Of a stretch of 64,000 nucleotides of DNA, positions 29,440 through 44,530 are shown one piece after another. Made by a program: the position numbers and the translations under genes. The stretch's first letter is position 1; the number at the start of each line of letters is the position of its first letter. Source of the DNA: the human T2T-CHM13v2.0 reference genome, Homo sapiens; the NCBI RefSeq assembly GCF_009914755.1, contig NC_060935.1, one strand, 5' to 3'. The notes under the pieces were generated by a model, which was given only the letters and a program-made list of their open reading frames with translations, had not been told where the DNA came from and searched no databases.

Positions 29440-29990
29440 AGCAGTTAAGCAGATCCTCAGATCTCACATTGGTCACCAGCTTTGTGACTCAGCTGCTCAA
29501 TCAAAGTCAATGTCAATTGGGTGCACAAAATCAGTCCATTAGTTAACTGGAATCAGCCAAATAATAGAGCAGTTGCTTGACTGAATTTCTAAACTGGCCA
29601 CATGAAACCTGTGTGGTTACAGTCTCAGTCTCCATGAAAACTTTGGGGCTGCAGTGTTACTGCACAGAAGGTGTGTCCACCCCACTGCTTTCTGGTAATG
29701 ATGGAAGTTTTTTCCCCCCATTTATTAGTGATGAAGGGTTTGTTGGAGATAATTGTATTTTTAGCAGCACAGTTAATGAACTAGCTAAGCATCAATAGAT
29801 GAAATCATAAAACCATTAAACACCAAGAGCAATAATGGGAAACTGTGTCTGGTGGTAATGAAATTAAGTGTCTTTATGAGGTCACTTTATTACTTTTCTC
29901 CTCGGCTCTCTTGCCCTCCCAAGTACATGGTGACTGCTGCTCCTAATTGCTGTTTCACTAAAATGCACAATGCTCTCCATTTTGTGTTTT
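29440..29990. promoter_or_regulatory. Candidate conserved enhancer
   Basis: No recognisable repeat; dense TAAT/ATTA, TTTATGA, ATCAAAG, TGACTCA and ATCAAT motifs. Confidence 0.35.
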
Positions 29991-31279
29991 AAATTCCATG
30001 TATTTCTAGGGCCTTCAGGATCACTAAACCCTCCACCAAGAGAATGCAATAGAAGTGGCGGTTATGAAAGTTTCTGGAAGTGGCCCAGTAGTACAGAAGA
30101 ATGAGGATAGCAGAAAGGGTTGAGAAGGAATTAAGAAAGACCTGCTGGACTTTACTGAGCCCACACTGATGAGTCATGTGGTCAAGGTTGAGCCCATGCA
30201 ACTTTGGCACAGCCTCCAAAGCCAGGGCAAAGTCACTCACAGAGGGACTGGATGGCTATGGTTAGACCTGTGCTTGAACCATGCTTTTCAGCTTGGGAGC
30301 AAACTCATATGCATAATTTCCTTTGACCCTGTGACAATCCCATATGATACGTTTTTACTCTCACTTTTCAGATGAGGAAACTGAGGCTCATAGAATCACC
30401 CGGGTCCTGCTGCTGCGTAGAGGGCAAAGCTGGTGTGCTTTCCCCATGCCAGAGGCCTTAGGGGTCTGGAGCCCACTCACTTGCTAGTGATTTAAACCTT
30501 GTGCAACCAAACTCATGGCACCATACTTAATGCAATAATTCAAGAAACATTCTTTGAGTATCTACTGTAGGCTAGGGATACAATGAGCAAAACAGAATCC
30601 TTCTCTATCCTCAGGGAACTTAGATGTACCTGGGGAGAGTTCCACAAGCAACAACGTGTGGTGAGTTAGGTGAATCAGAGAGAAAGCACCATGTTACGGA
30701 AGCTGCTGGCAGGAGGCTCCGATCTCATCTACAGGACAGAGAAGCCTTCCTGGAGGAAGCAAGGTTTGAGATGAAACCTGAAGGGTAGAAGATAAATAGA
30801 TGAAGGAGGGGGAAGAGCACGCAGGCCAGGAGGAAGCCTGCACAAAGGCGTGTCTAACATGTAAGAGAAATTGGTGGCTGAGGAACTGGATTGATTTAGG
30901 AGGCATCATCAATTGATAAGGCTAAGGAACTGATTCAATTGTGGGGCTCATGGAGAGACAGGAATTAGGAACCCGCTCCCCCCACAACCCCAGTTCCTGA
31001 CGTGGCCACCTGTGGGATGGCAGTGCATTTACTGAGACAGGGAGTGCTGTGGAGGAGCCTAATAGTGGAAGTGAGGTTGGGAGAAGATAATGAACGGTTA
31101 TCTTATCTATGGTGATGAAAATGAGCCCTAAAAGGCAGTTCAGCTGACCCAGCTTTGTTATGATCTCAGGGCCAAGAACTGAATTAAAGCCCCGATGTAG
31201 ACATGGTGTTAATTATTTCATTGAGGCCACCCCTTAAGGCTGTAAACACTGAGTTTGTTTCCACCCTACTGAGAAATCG

Positions 31280-31505
31280 AAAGGACAGAGTGAAGCTTCA
31301 ACATGATCGTCACCAGCTGGAACAATCAGGCTTAACACGATGAAATTTAACAGGGACAAATTTAAATTACACTCCTTAGGTTCGCAAAATCTGTTGTTTC
31401 TGTAAAGGATGAAAAACCTGACTTAACAGCAGCTCATGTCAACAGAACCTAATAGAGTCAGTTGGCTATGAATTCCACACAAGCTGACATGGTGATGTGG
31501 CTGGC
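31280..31505 (+). mobile_element. CR1/L3 LINE remnant
   Basis: atgaaatttaacagggacaaatttaaatt reads MKFNRDKFK, like the CR1 RT C-terminal MKFNKDKCKVLHLG motif. Confidence 0.6.
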
Positions 31506-31509
31506 CTTT

Positions 31510-32041
31510 TGTAAGGAACATGGCTATACTGCAGCCAAGCAAGGATAGGCCGAGGTAAACATCCTGCGTGACTCAGCCAGTTTATAGCGCAGGAGCATAG
31601 CTCCACTTGTTGTATAATCACAGTCATGTAGCCATAACATGGGAAGGCTCATCACTTGGCTTGGAGCCACTATCATCTGTAAAAGGTATAGTTTCCCTGC
31701 TGACACTGTACAGGCATGCTTGTGTCCAGAGAAAGAGAGAGAGAAAGCCAGAGCTGTCTGTTTTGTAAACGGACATGGGGGAGCCAGGACGCAGCTTGGC
31801 TTGCTTGTGCCCGTAGGGCAAGAGTTAAGCTGCTAACCCTGAAGAGAGAGCTGGTTGTGCAGCTGTATGTGGGAGCCACCGGAGCAAGCAGCCAAGACGG
31901 AGACAGTGTAAGAGAGATGCTGAATAAAACCACATTTCACCTACTTACGGCCCCCTAAGAGTTCTTCCTATCCATCCGCCATTCATCCACCCACTCCCTT
32001 AGGACCTCAGCATGGGCTGGAACCTGACCTTAAACTTAACA
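31510..32041 (+). mobile_element. Solo LTR, LTR18 family (tentative)
   Basis: TGTAAGGAACATGGCT...GGATAGGCCGAGG...GTGACTCAGC start; AATAAA at 31923; ends ...AACA; 5-bp TSD CCTTT/CCCTT. Confidence 0.75.
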
Positions 32042-33113
32042 CCCTTCTTCCACTTCTAATGTCCCCTTGATGTATGAGATATTGGAGAGGAACCCATGAA
32101 GCTTCCTCTGATCAGGATAGAGAAGAACCTGTAAGAAAAGTGCAGCAGCCAAGGAGAGAGGCCAGCTCAGAGATATGTCTGTAGGGAAGTCAGGGCTGGC
32201 TTGTAGGCTCGAATGTTGGGGAGCTGCATGCCATGTGATTGGAGGGTGTCTCTAACAAAACACCTGAAAAAAAAAGAGGCAAGGGACATAATTCTTAGCT
32301 AACAAGGGGGCCTCAGAGAGAGGGATTTGTTAGGGCTAGGAGAAGAAGGAAGGATGCACCAAGGAAATGATAAAGGATGAAGCATTGCAGAAAAGCCAAT
32401 TGCTGTATTAATTCATTTCAGTCATGTGTTTGAGCTCTGATTTTGTGTATAGCCCTATGCTGTGGGAAATGCTATGAAACAACAGCCACAGAGTCAACAG
32501 CGCTGATTGGTATGGCTCAGATGACCAGTGCTGTTCAGAGGATGGTGAGGGGTCACCAGGGAAGAAGCCATGGAGGAGCTGAAGCTTGAGCAGGCCCTTG
32601 ATGGAAGGGGCTGGGGAAGATGTCACTGCAGAGCGTGAGCTGGGGAAGATGAAGAAATCAGCTGACTGGAGTCTTCAGAAATGGGGTGGAATAGGTAAGG
32701 GAAAGCCCAGATCTGGGCATGCTTGGTGGGCCAGGGAGGAGCTGAGATGGGTGGAAGGTGTGGAGGTGAGCTCTTACCTGGGGAATACAGAGTTCGTGGA
32801 AGGGTCTTCTGGCTCCTGGCTGGTGAAGCTGAATTGAATAATGACGCTGAACCTATAACTTTCCTCTTGATTGTTTTCTCTCATCGTAGCGTGTGCCCTG
32901 TGTTGTTGACTACCCTTGTGTTGTGCTGATATTCCATCACAGAGGTGAGTGCCCAGAGAACAGTAAGGAGGGAAGCCCAGAGGAAAGGCTTTGCGGGGAG
33001 AATCCCCACTGCTTTCTTATGGGAAATCAAATGAATGAGATAGGGATGAGCAGGTAATATCTAAATTGTACAGAGTCCCCCTTCTTCCTTCTTTTCTTCC
33101 TTTCTTTCTTCCC

Positions 33114-33465
33114 TGGTATGGTTTGAATGCATCCCCCCAAAGTCATGTGTTAGATAGTCCCCAAGGCAAGTGTTGTGAGGTGGGACCTAATGGGAGGTGT
33201 TTAGGTCATGAGGGCTCTCCCCTCATGAATGGATTAATGCTGCCATATAAAGGGTTTCTGGGAGTGGGCTCTCTCTCATCCTGCCTTCCATCATGTGAGG
33301 ACACAACGTGCAAGGCACCATCGTGGAAGAACAGAATGTCTTCATCTGACATCGAACCTGCTGATGCCTTGACCTCAGACTTCTCAGCCTTCAGAACTGT
33401 GAGACAATAAATTTCTGTTTACAAATTACTCAGCCTGTGGTATTCTGTTATAGCAACACAAAAAG
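33114..33465 (+). mobile_element. MaLR LTR (MLT1A/MST-like)
   Basis: tggtatggtttgaatg...ctcatgaatggattaatgc...cagaactgtgagacaataaatttctg. Confidence 0.85.
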
Positions 33466-34199
33466 AAGCCACCCCCCATTCCTCACTCCCTCCAACCTTT
33501 ACTGAGCAATAGCTGCCTAACTGTTTTGTGCTAAGGGATGGAGATACAAAGATGACTGGAACACAGTTCCTGCTCCCTAGGAGTTCTCAGTCAAGACACA
33601 CAAGTAAGTAACACAGCTCTTTGATCTTAGAATGTACTCTCAATATACTAACAGATTTTCAGAAGAAAAAAAGTTAGAAACACTACCACACTCAATGTCC
33701 ACATTAGCAAAACATTCTGGTTTCAGAAACACTTAAGTGTGAAAAAAAAGTGTTTTAAAATTGAGCAGTATGAACAGAGTAATCATTTTCACAATAGGAG
33801 TGGTCCCATTGACCTATCAAAACATGAAAATGTGGGGGAAAATGTGTCTTGGAATTGGTAGTTACAGCGGTGTGATCATTGTCACAATGGGTGGGAACAA
33901 AACGCCATTGGAACCCACTGGAGGAACCCCTTAATGCTGTGTGGGAACACCAGACAAGGCTCCTGGCAGGAGATAGTGTTGGAATGCTGCCTTCTAGGCT
34001 AACAGTGGTGGACAAGAGGATGGTAAAGAGTCCAGAGGAAGCGGGGTTCCAGGCAGAGGGAGCAGCTTCTGAGAGAGGTGGGTGTGATGCATATTGAGAG
34101 CAGCTCTTTATTGTCTTTGTTTGTGATCGTTATCAGCAGTGGAGCAGAGAGGGGCTTCAGTCTGAAGGGGCCTGGACCAGTCTTATCACAAAGACAACA

Positions 34200-34850
34200 G
34201 GGAAGGAGACAGGAGCACTGCAGAGCAATTGAATGAAACATCTTTGCTGAAATTTCTCATCTCTTGAAAAGTTTTTATGTTTTCTATTTACATAAGTCAT
34301 AAACCAATTGCCTAATGCAAAAATGTCGTGTTCTTGAATAGTAAGAAAAGGCAAACAGATTTCAATCAATAGACTCAGAATTTTTCATTAAATCTGCTTG
34401 CTTATTTCCTTAAACCTTTTCTCCAGGGCAAATGCGCCCTTTAGAAGTGATTGATTGTGTTGCTCCCATTGGTATCCACACTCCTTAGGCTCTTTCTCTC
34501 TCTCTCTTTTCCTTTCTCTGCATCTCTCTCTCATCTTCCCTGTTGTCAAGCTGTTGTCAAGCAGCTGCCCTCAGCTGAAGCATCAGGCAGGCATCAAGGA
34601 GTATATTTTTTGTTCAGATGCGTGCACATGTAAAGCTATTTCTGAATTGCATCTTTGCAAAATAACCTTTGGGTATCGGCATGATGAGGATGCCATTAGC
34701 AGGAAATTCATCTGCGTGGATCTCGGGAAGGGGAGAAAGCTACCATAGTGTGGAAAGAAAGCCTAACTAATAAACAGTCTGGAATGACCTTCCCAGGAAG
34801 GCCTGTTGAAAGAGATGAACAGTACTGGATTAATTAATTCTCCTGGGTGG
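34200..34850. promoter_or_regulatory. Candidate conserved enhancer (PBX/MEIS/HOX-like motifs)
   Basis: TGATTGATTG, TCAATCAAT, GTCATAAA and duplicated TGTCA. Confidence 0.33.
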
Positions 34851-35173
34851 TGCCCCTTTATGTTTCTGGGGGAATACATGTTCTCTTAGGGCCAAGAAGC
34901 ACCCCTCTGGTCTGGTCTTCTCTGCATTTATTCAATAAATATCTCAACTCACCATGTGTCCAGGGGAGAGAATCACCTGACTGCTCCTTCTGCAGACTCT
35001 CTCTGAGTCCTGGGAGGGCCCTGAGTCATCAGAGCACAGAGAATCAGGGTGGGTCCAGGTTCTGATGGAAACTGCACCAGGTAGGAGTCACCAGCCAGCC
35101 TCCTCCTGCTGCTTCTGCCGCTGGAGCCCCTTTGGAGCATGTTTCCTCTTCTGTGAAATCAGCTTGTTTACTA

Positions 35174-35773
35174 TGGTTGACCCTTGAATGACGTGGGTTT
35201 GAGCTGCATAGGTCCACTTTTACACAGATTTTGTTCAACGAACATATTGGGATTATTTTTGCGGGGGAAATGTACAACAATTTGAAAAGGCTCACAGATG
35301 AGCCGCATGGCCTAGAAATGCCAAAAAAATTAAGAAAAAGGTATGTCATGAATGCATAAAATATGTGTAGATACTAGTCTCTTTTATCATTTACTTCCAT
35401 AAAATACCCCTGAGACAGCAAGACCTCCTTTTCCTCCTCCTCTTCAGCCTACTCAGCATGAAGACTTGAGGATGGAGACCTTTTTGATGATCCACTTCCA
35501 CTTAATGAATATTTAATGTGTTTTCTTCTCATGATTTTCTTAACATTTTCTTTTCTCTAGCTTACTTTATTGTAAGAATACAGTATATGATACATATGCC
35601 ATACAAAATATGTGTTGTTTATGTTACTAGTAAGGCTTCCAACCAATTGTAGTCTATCAGTTAAGTTTTAAGGGTGTTAAGTTTTGAGGGAGTCAAAAGT
35701 TATATGTGGATTTTCAACTGTGTGGGGGCAGGGGTCGGCACTCCTGGCCCTTGTGTTGGCCAAGGGTCAACTG
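35174..35773 (+). mobile_element. Tigger2-derived DNA transposon
   Basis: TIRs (T)GGTTGACCCTTGAA...CAAGGGTCAACTG with TA on both sides. Confidence 0.88.
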
Positions 35774-36063
35774 TAGATGATCTCTAAGACTCTGTTTCAG
35801 TTCTATGGCAGTAATTCAAGTAAGAGTGAAGACACCCATTGCTGAATGTTTAGACCATGTGCCAGGCACTTTGCTAAGAGCTTTACATATATGATCTCAT
35901 TTAATCTTCATGGCAACTGTGTGAGGTTCATGCTTTTATTATCCCAGATGAGGAACTGAGGCTTAGAGGTGTTATGAACTTAGCCCTGGGAAACACAACT
36001 GGGAAGTGGCAGAACTGGAATGAGTCCATGTGTCTGATTCTGTCGCCCACACCTTTAGTGCAT

Positions 36064-36450
36064 TATCTTTGTGTGCTTGGTCTGCTATAATAAAATACCA
36101 CAGGCTGGGTTGCTTAAACAACAGACATTTCTCACAGTTCTGGAGGTTGGGAGGTCCAAGATCAAGATCCCAGCAGAATCTGATGAGGGCTGTCCTGGTT
36201 TGTAGATGGGTGCCTTCTTGCTCTATCTTTCCATAATGGGGAGTGAGGGTAGGGGAGCAGGTGGGAGAGAGAGAGAGAGAGTCTTTTACTCTTCTCATAA
36301 GGACACTAATCTCATGATGGGAGCTCCACCCTCAGGACTTCAGCTGAACCTATTGTTTTCTACAGGCTGCACCTCTTAATGCCAACACAAAAGGGGGTTA
36401 GGACTTCAACATAAGAATTTTGGGAGGACACTAACATTTAATTCATAATA
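36064..36450 (-). mobile_element. MaLR LTR (MLT1A-like)
   Basis: gctataataaaataccacaggctggg...tctcacagttctggagg; TSD TGCAT. Confidence 0.88.
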
Positions 36451-38084
36451 TGCATTATGCAATATTGCTTCCTTCCACGATACAGAAAAAGTGTGGGTGG
36501 GAAATACTGGGCCACCGTTAGAAGCACGGTAGGAGGCACACACCTCCCTCCCTCGAGAGGGAGTAGTCAAGGGCAAGCTGCTGTGTCTGTGAGCAGAACA
36601 CAGGGAGCTGTGAAGAGGGCTTCTGTGCACTGCTTATGAAGCCAGATACACCTTGGGGACAAGCTACTACCTAGGTGTATCTGGGATTGTTTGTGAAGAT
36701 CCATCTGTTCCTTTCACAAATACTTTTTGAACACCTACGTTGTATTAGGGTCTGGGAATTCAATGGTGAAACAATAAGATCGCATTGAATCCTTGGAAGG
36801 GCTTGATGGAGGGCTGTGAGAGTATTACTGGGGGTCCAGCCTGAGGCTGGCAGAGAATGTGGTCATTAAAGTTTTCTTTAAGGAAATGATTTCTGAGCTG
36901 ACCTCTGTGGGATCTGAATGCTTTAACCAGACACAGGAAGGAAAGTGATGGGGAGGGCCAGTGCGGCTGGAGCTGGAGGAGGGTATGGAGGGCCAGGTTC
37001 TCTAGGGCTTTGTAGGTAATTAAGTAGTTTGCTACTTAAGTTAAGAAAACTTAAAAAGTTTTCTGTTGCACTTAAAATAAAGGTTTTAATCAGGATTTTA
37101 ATCAGGAAAGCAATGTGAGTGGATCTGCACTAAAACAAAGTCCCTCTGGCTGCTGTTTGGAAGAGGCTCTGGTGGGAGTTGGTGGGCTGATGCCTTAGAC
37201 CAAACAAGAGCTGGCAGTAGCTGGGCTAGAGTTGGCAAAGGAGATGGAAAGAATAGGAAGGATCAGTGGGATATTTAGGAGGTAAAATCAGCAAGACATG
37301 GGGGGATGGATTGAATTAGGGGTTGTAGGAGGCATAATCTACATAAACTGGGATGGGCAAGCACATTTGATACCCTGGTTTAGGAACCTGTGCTTTAGAG
37401 GTAATGTCCCTTCTTAATGCTTCCCAAGGTGTCTAGGTATATCAGTGATGATGACTTCACTTGCGTGGTAAGAAATCCCCCAACTCAATGGTTGTAAATA
37501 ATTAGAAATCATCTCACATGGCAGGAAGTCCACGGGTGATAGCACTTGCCCTGGTGGTAGAATCAGCTCTGTGATGTCACCAAGAACCCAGGCTCCCTCC
37601 CTCTCTTCACTCTGCTGACTCCCACTGGGGCCAGCTTGCCTGGTGGTAGCAAGGTGACCTTGGCATTTCCAGGCACCAGACACCCAGTCACAACCACATC
37701 CTTCTCAGGCTCACCTGGCTAGACAGTCAAGTTATGTGCTCTGCCAGGAAAATGGGATGACTGTGAAGGTGTAGACTGCTAAGAATTTCACCATGGACTG
37801 CAAATGGGGCCATCTTCTCTGAAAAGTGGACAAATGAACTAACCCAGGGTCCTGTTAGGGGAACTAGACATGGGGGCTCATTGGGTTTGTCACACTGTCC
37901 TGGACGAACACATCTCAGATTTTGAATTTCTTAGATCAATAAACACAATACAAAGAGTGGGTGGGGGAACTGACATAGGATTGCTGACTTTTCATTTTCA
38001 CCTAGTAAATATTTAAAAAATTATCATCTGTTGTCTCTATCATTTCATTAGAAGCACATCTTTTGTTTTTTTGAGAGAAAAGTA

Positions 38085-40686
<2,602 letters not shown>

Positions 40687-42243
40687 TTACCTGAAATTTG
40701 GGAACCACTCTCTTGGGACCACACTGAGCTATATAAGGTAGAAGTTCTTAACTTGAGTCTGTAGATTGCCACTCCACTGCTGAGGGGTCTGTGGAACAGG
40801 AGCCAGAGGCTCCATGAACTTGGGTAGAGAAAAATTATAGCTATTTTTTTTTTTTTTACTATCTTCTATGTGAAATGTAGCATTTCCTTCAATTACAAAT
40901 GTGGCAACAAACCGGTCATATTAGCTCTAACTGTGATTTTGTCATTAATAGAATTCGCAAATGTTTTCACATCACATTACAGTTGTTGTAGATATCTGGA
41001 AATGTCATTAACACCCACCACTATTTTGAAATCACAGTAGCTATCAGACTGGCTGCTAGACAGCATGTGAGCTCAGAATTCCTCACAGACTCTCCTGCTC
41101 TACATCTGGCCACTTGTGGCAACTTGGTGCCTCAGCAGGGCAGCCATCAAAGCAGCGGATCTGAGTGTTTTCCTCTAGGTGACCCAGACCTTCCAGCATC
41201 TCTTAACTGAATTGTTTGTGGATGAATTTGCGAGGTAGTTGAGTCCTTTTTATGGTTTGCTGAAGTTTTGCAATCTGAACTGTTCCGACTTGAATTTTTA
41301 ACTCTCCGTAGGCAGTGCCACCTTGGGTGGCACAGCTGAGTTGGAATATTTCTGATTGTTGAGTGAACTGTCGGAGTGTGTTATTTAAAGCAACTTCTTG
41401 TGATTGCTGACAGATTGCATGGTGATGCAGGTCGTGCACGGTGCGATAAGCTCTGGGAGAAGCAGAAGTCCTCTTTATTTTTTTTCTGGATTTACTGTGT
41501 ATTTGTGCAATGTCTGTGATATGAAATGCAGTCTTACATGCACACTATGTTACTCACATGTTCTTGCACTATTATTGTGTGAAAATACCACATATCTAAA
41601 AAAATACCTTTGTGAGAAACAATGACAATATCAGAAATGAGAATCATTATTTCTAAAAAGTCGTAGGAAGTCACACGCAGCACTAGCTAAATTTCAGGGA
41701 GGATAGGACCGGTGATCAACTGCAGTAATCCCACATCTGTGCAAAGGTTAAAAGATACTAACGGTACTTAAACCTTGGCTAATCATAAAACCTGTCTTAT
41801 TTTACTCACTGGTCATAAAATTTAACAAATATTTGACACTTAATTAATATACAAATGATTGCCTCCTATGTAGGTCTATCAAACAAATTACTTAGGAGTC
41901 ATAAACAAAATATGATGCTTCAAAGAATGTTAGTGGCATAAAACATTTTATTTTAGCTTTATTTATTATTTATTTTTTACAGACCCAATTTATCTTCAGG
42001 CTGGAAAAAGAAAAGGAAGGCCTGATGAAAACCGTGTATTTGGCTTTGTTTACATTAATGAAGTGATTGGACAGAAAAAGTCACAATGACTTTTTTCTTT
42101 TGTGAAAAAAATTATTGGGAATGGAATTTTGAAGTCAGGGAGACTGAAAGAGGACTCACCTATGTCTATCTGGAAGATGTATCCAAAACACCCAGGAGTT
42201 TTGTGCGCATGTGTATGAAGGAAGTTCAGCTAGGAAAAGCTTG

Positions 42244-42472
42244 CAGCCTGGGCAATACAGCAAGACCCCAATTCTAAAAAATTTTTTTTTTAATTAGCTG
42301 GGTGTGATGGTGTGGCACCTGTGGTCCTAGCTACTCAGGAGGCTGAGGTAGGAGGATCACTTGAGACTGGGAGGTCAAGGCCGCAGGGAGAAATAATAGC
42401 ATCACTGTACTCTACCTCGACCCTGCCTCGAAAAAAAAATAAGAAAAGAAAAAGGAAAAGGAAAAGAAAAAA
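42244..42472 (+). mobile_element. 5'-truncated Alu (AluJ-like) inside the hAT element
   Basis: cagcctgggcaatacagcaagacccc...ctactcaggaggctgagg...A-rich tail. Confidence 0.85.
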
Positions 42473-42539
42473 GTTCAGATACTTCAAAATGTGGATTTGC
42501 CATAAAAACCTTTTCTTGAAGCATTCTTGAAATTTCTTA

Positions 42540-43915
42540 CCAGATGTCAAACAGAAAAAGCCTCACATTACTGGAGAAACTTTATCTAAAGCCACATACA
42601 CTGGGAATATGGAGATTTGTGAATAGAAAGAGGTAAAAGCTGGAAGTGATTCCTTAGTCAGATGAGGTGCTTCCATGAAGAAGAGTAGGCATGTCTTGAA
42701 GCAAGTTATGGAGGAATTGGCCACCTCGCCATTCCTCCCACGTCACTCTGTGAAACTCCAGGTATCCTTCCAGGTAGTCACCTGCCTGTTTTGTTCATGA
42801 TGTGCCTGCTGACTTCAACAAAGAAAGATTTTTTTTTGTGAGTGCCTTTGGAAACTACAAAGCTGCTGATGTTTTGCAGATGGTATAAAGGTTTTTTGTT
42901 TTGTTTTGCTTGTGTCAAACAAAAGTGACTCGACAGAAAAGGTTCATTTCCTTGCACAGACAGTGCTGTTGCAATGCGTGGCTATGCATCTGACTTTGCT
43001 ACTTGAGTAAAAGGGAGCACCTATGTTGTTCTCACTCACCGCATTTCACACAAACGTATTCTGGCTCTTCAAAAACCCCAAGAGAAGTTTTGTCAACAGC
43101 CATAAAAGTCATCAACTTTTATCTAGTCTCTGAATCACAGCATTTTTGCAGGTTTTGTCAAGAAATGATGGCAGAAAATGAAGTGCTTCTCTACCACAGA
43201 GAAGCGTACTGTCTTTCAAGGGGAAAGATTCACTGTTTTCTAAAAGAAAAAGAAAATCCTCTCCTGGAACATGTAGCAAGAAAAAATGTTGTCTGAGGGT
43301 TGGCTGACCCAGCGGATATTTTTAACCATCTGAACGAGATGAACCTTCCAGTTCGAGGCCCTGATACCACCATTATGAATGATCCTGAAAACTTTACCAG
43401 CTTTTTTGGCTCAGCTGCCAATATGAAAGGAGAGTTCAGGCTGACATCTTTGCCAACTTTTGCGATGCTGGAGGAAGTGCTTTATCTCAATGAAGTTGAC
43501 ATACAAAATACTGTCAGTTTATCTGAAAAGAGAAATCTACAAACACCTGGAAACACTGTAGAACTCCTTTAAAAATTATTTCTATCTTGATGGTATCAAA
43601 GTTGGACCATAGAATTGCATTCTTTTTCTTGTTGATATAAACTGTCTCAAAGGTGTTTGCCTAGCCAAAGATGGCGAACATTGATCTTGGGATGGAAAAC
43701 AGCTACAACTAGAGTTTAGCTAAAAAGTCTTGGAGAGTTTTGGTGCTCCTTGACAGAAACATCTGTCTACTTTGCAAAGGAGCCGTAAAAGCTTTAATTC
43801 CATTTTCAACAATATATCTTTGAGGATTGGAGTTTTAATGTTGTTACTAGAAAAAATCAAAATCAATTGGATGTCCAGCATGACAAGTGTATTATCTCAT
43901 CAAAGACATCCCGCT
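42540..43915 (+). pseudogene. Decayed hAT transposase (ZBED5/SCAND3/FAM200-like)
   Basis: KQKKPHITGETL; KVINF..FCRFCQEMMAENEVLLYHREAYCLSRGK; ADIFNHLNEMNL; LGEFWCSL; KALIPFSTIYL*GLEF; multiple stops and frameshifts. Confidence 0.85.
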
Positions 43916-44237
43916 GTCTCATATTCTTATTCAAACTAGGCAAAGCAGCCTTTATATGGGTATGTCTTTTAAAAAACAAAATTTAACTTCAATTTGCCTG
44001 TATTTCAAGTGCAATGTCTTATTTTTTTAAATGTGGTTCAAAGAAGCAAATCTGTTACTATGTAATATATATTTTAAACATACTATTTTGGTAATTGTAC
44101 TTCAGTATACACGCTTGGTTTTCCTTGTAATCCTACGCCTTTATTTTATGCATCAAAAAACATTATTTTAAGAAAGGTCTGTAGGCTTCACCAGATTGCC
44201 CAAGGAATCCACTATGTAAAAACAGTAAAGAACTGAT

Positions 44238-44530
44238 GGCCCCGCACAGTTGCTCAGGCCCGTAATCCCAGCACTTTGGGAGGCCAAGGCGGGTGGATCA
44301 CTTGAGGTCAGGAGTTTCAGACTAGCCTGGCCAACATGGTGAAACCCCATCTCTACTAAAAATACAAAAATTAGCCAGGCATGGTGGCATGTGCCTGTAG
44401 TCCCAGCTACTTGGGAGGCTGAGGCATGAAAATTGCTGAACCCAGGAGGTGGAGGTTGCAGTGAACCGAAATTGTGCCACTGCACTCCAGCATGGGCAAC
44501 AGAGCGAGACTCTGTCTCACACACACAAAA
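44238..44530 (+). mobile_element. Alu (AluS-like) inserted in the right TIR of the hAT element
   Basis: Full dimer flanked by AAAGAACTGAT / AAAGATCTCCTGAT. Confidence 0.95.

Noticed and set aside
41316-41332. Palindrome TGCCACC-TTG-GGTGGCA
   Set aside because: 7-bp arms are expected by chance in a window this size.
43003-43572. Domesticated ZBED/FAM200-like coding gene
   Set aside because: In-frame stops, frameshifts, decayed motifs (the W of RWLSRG is lost) and an upstream Alu insertion within the element.
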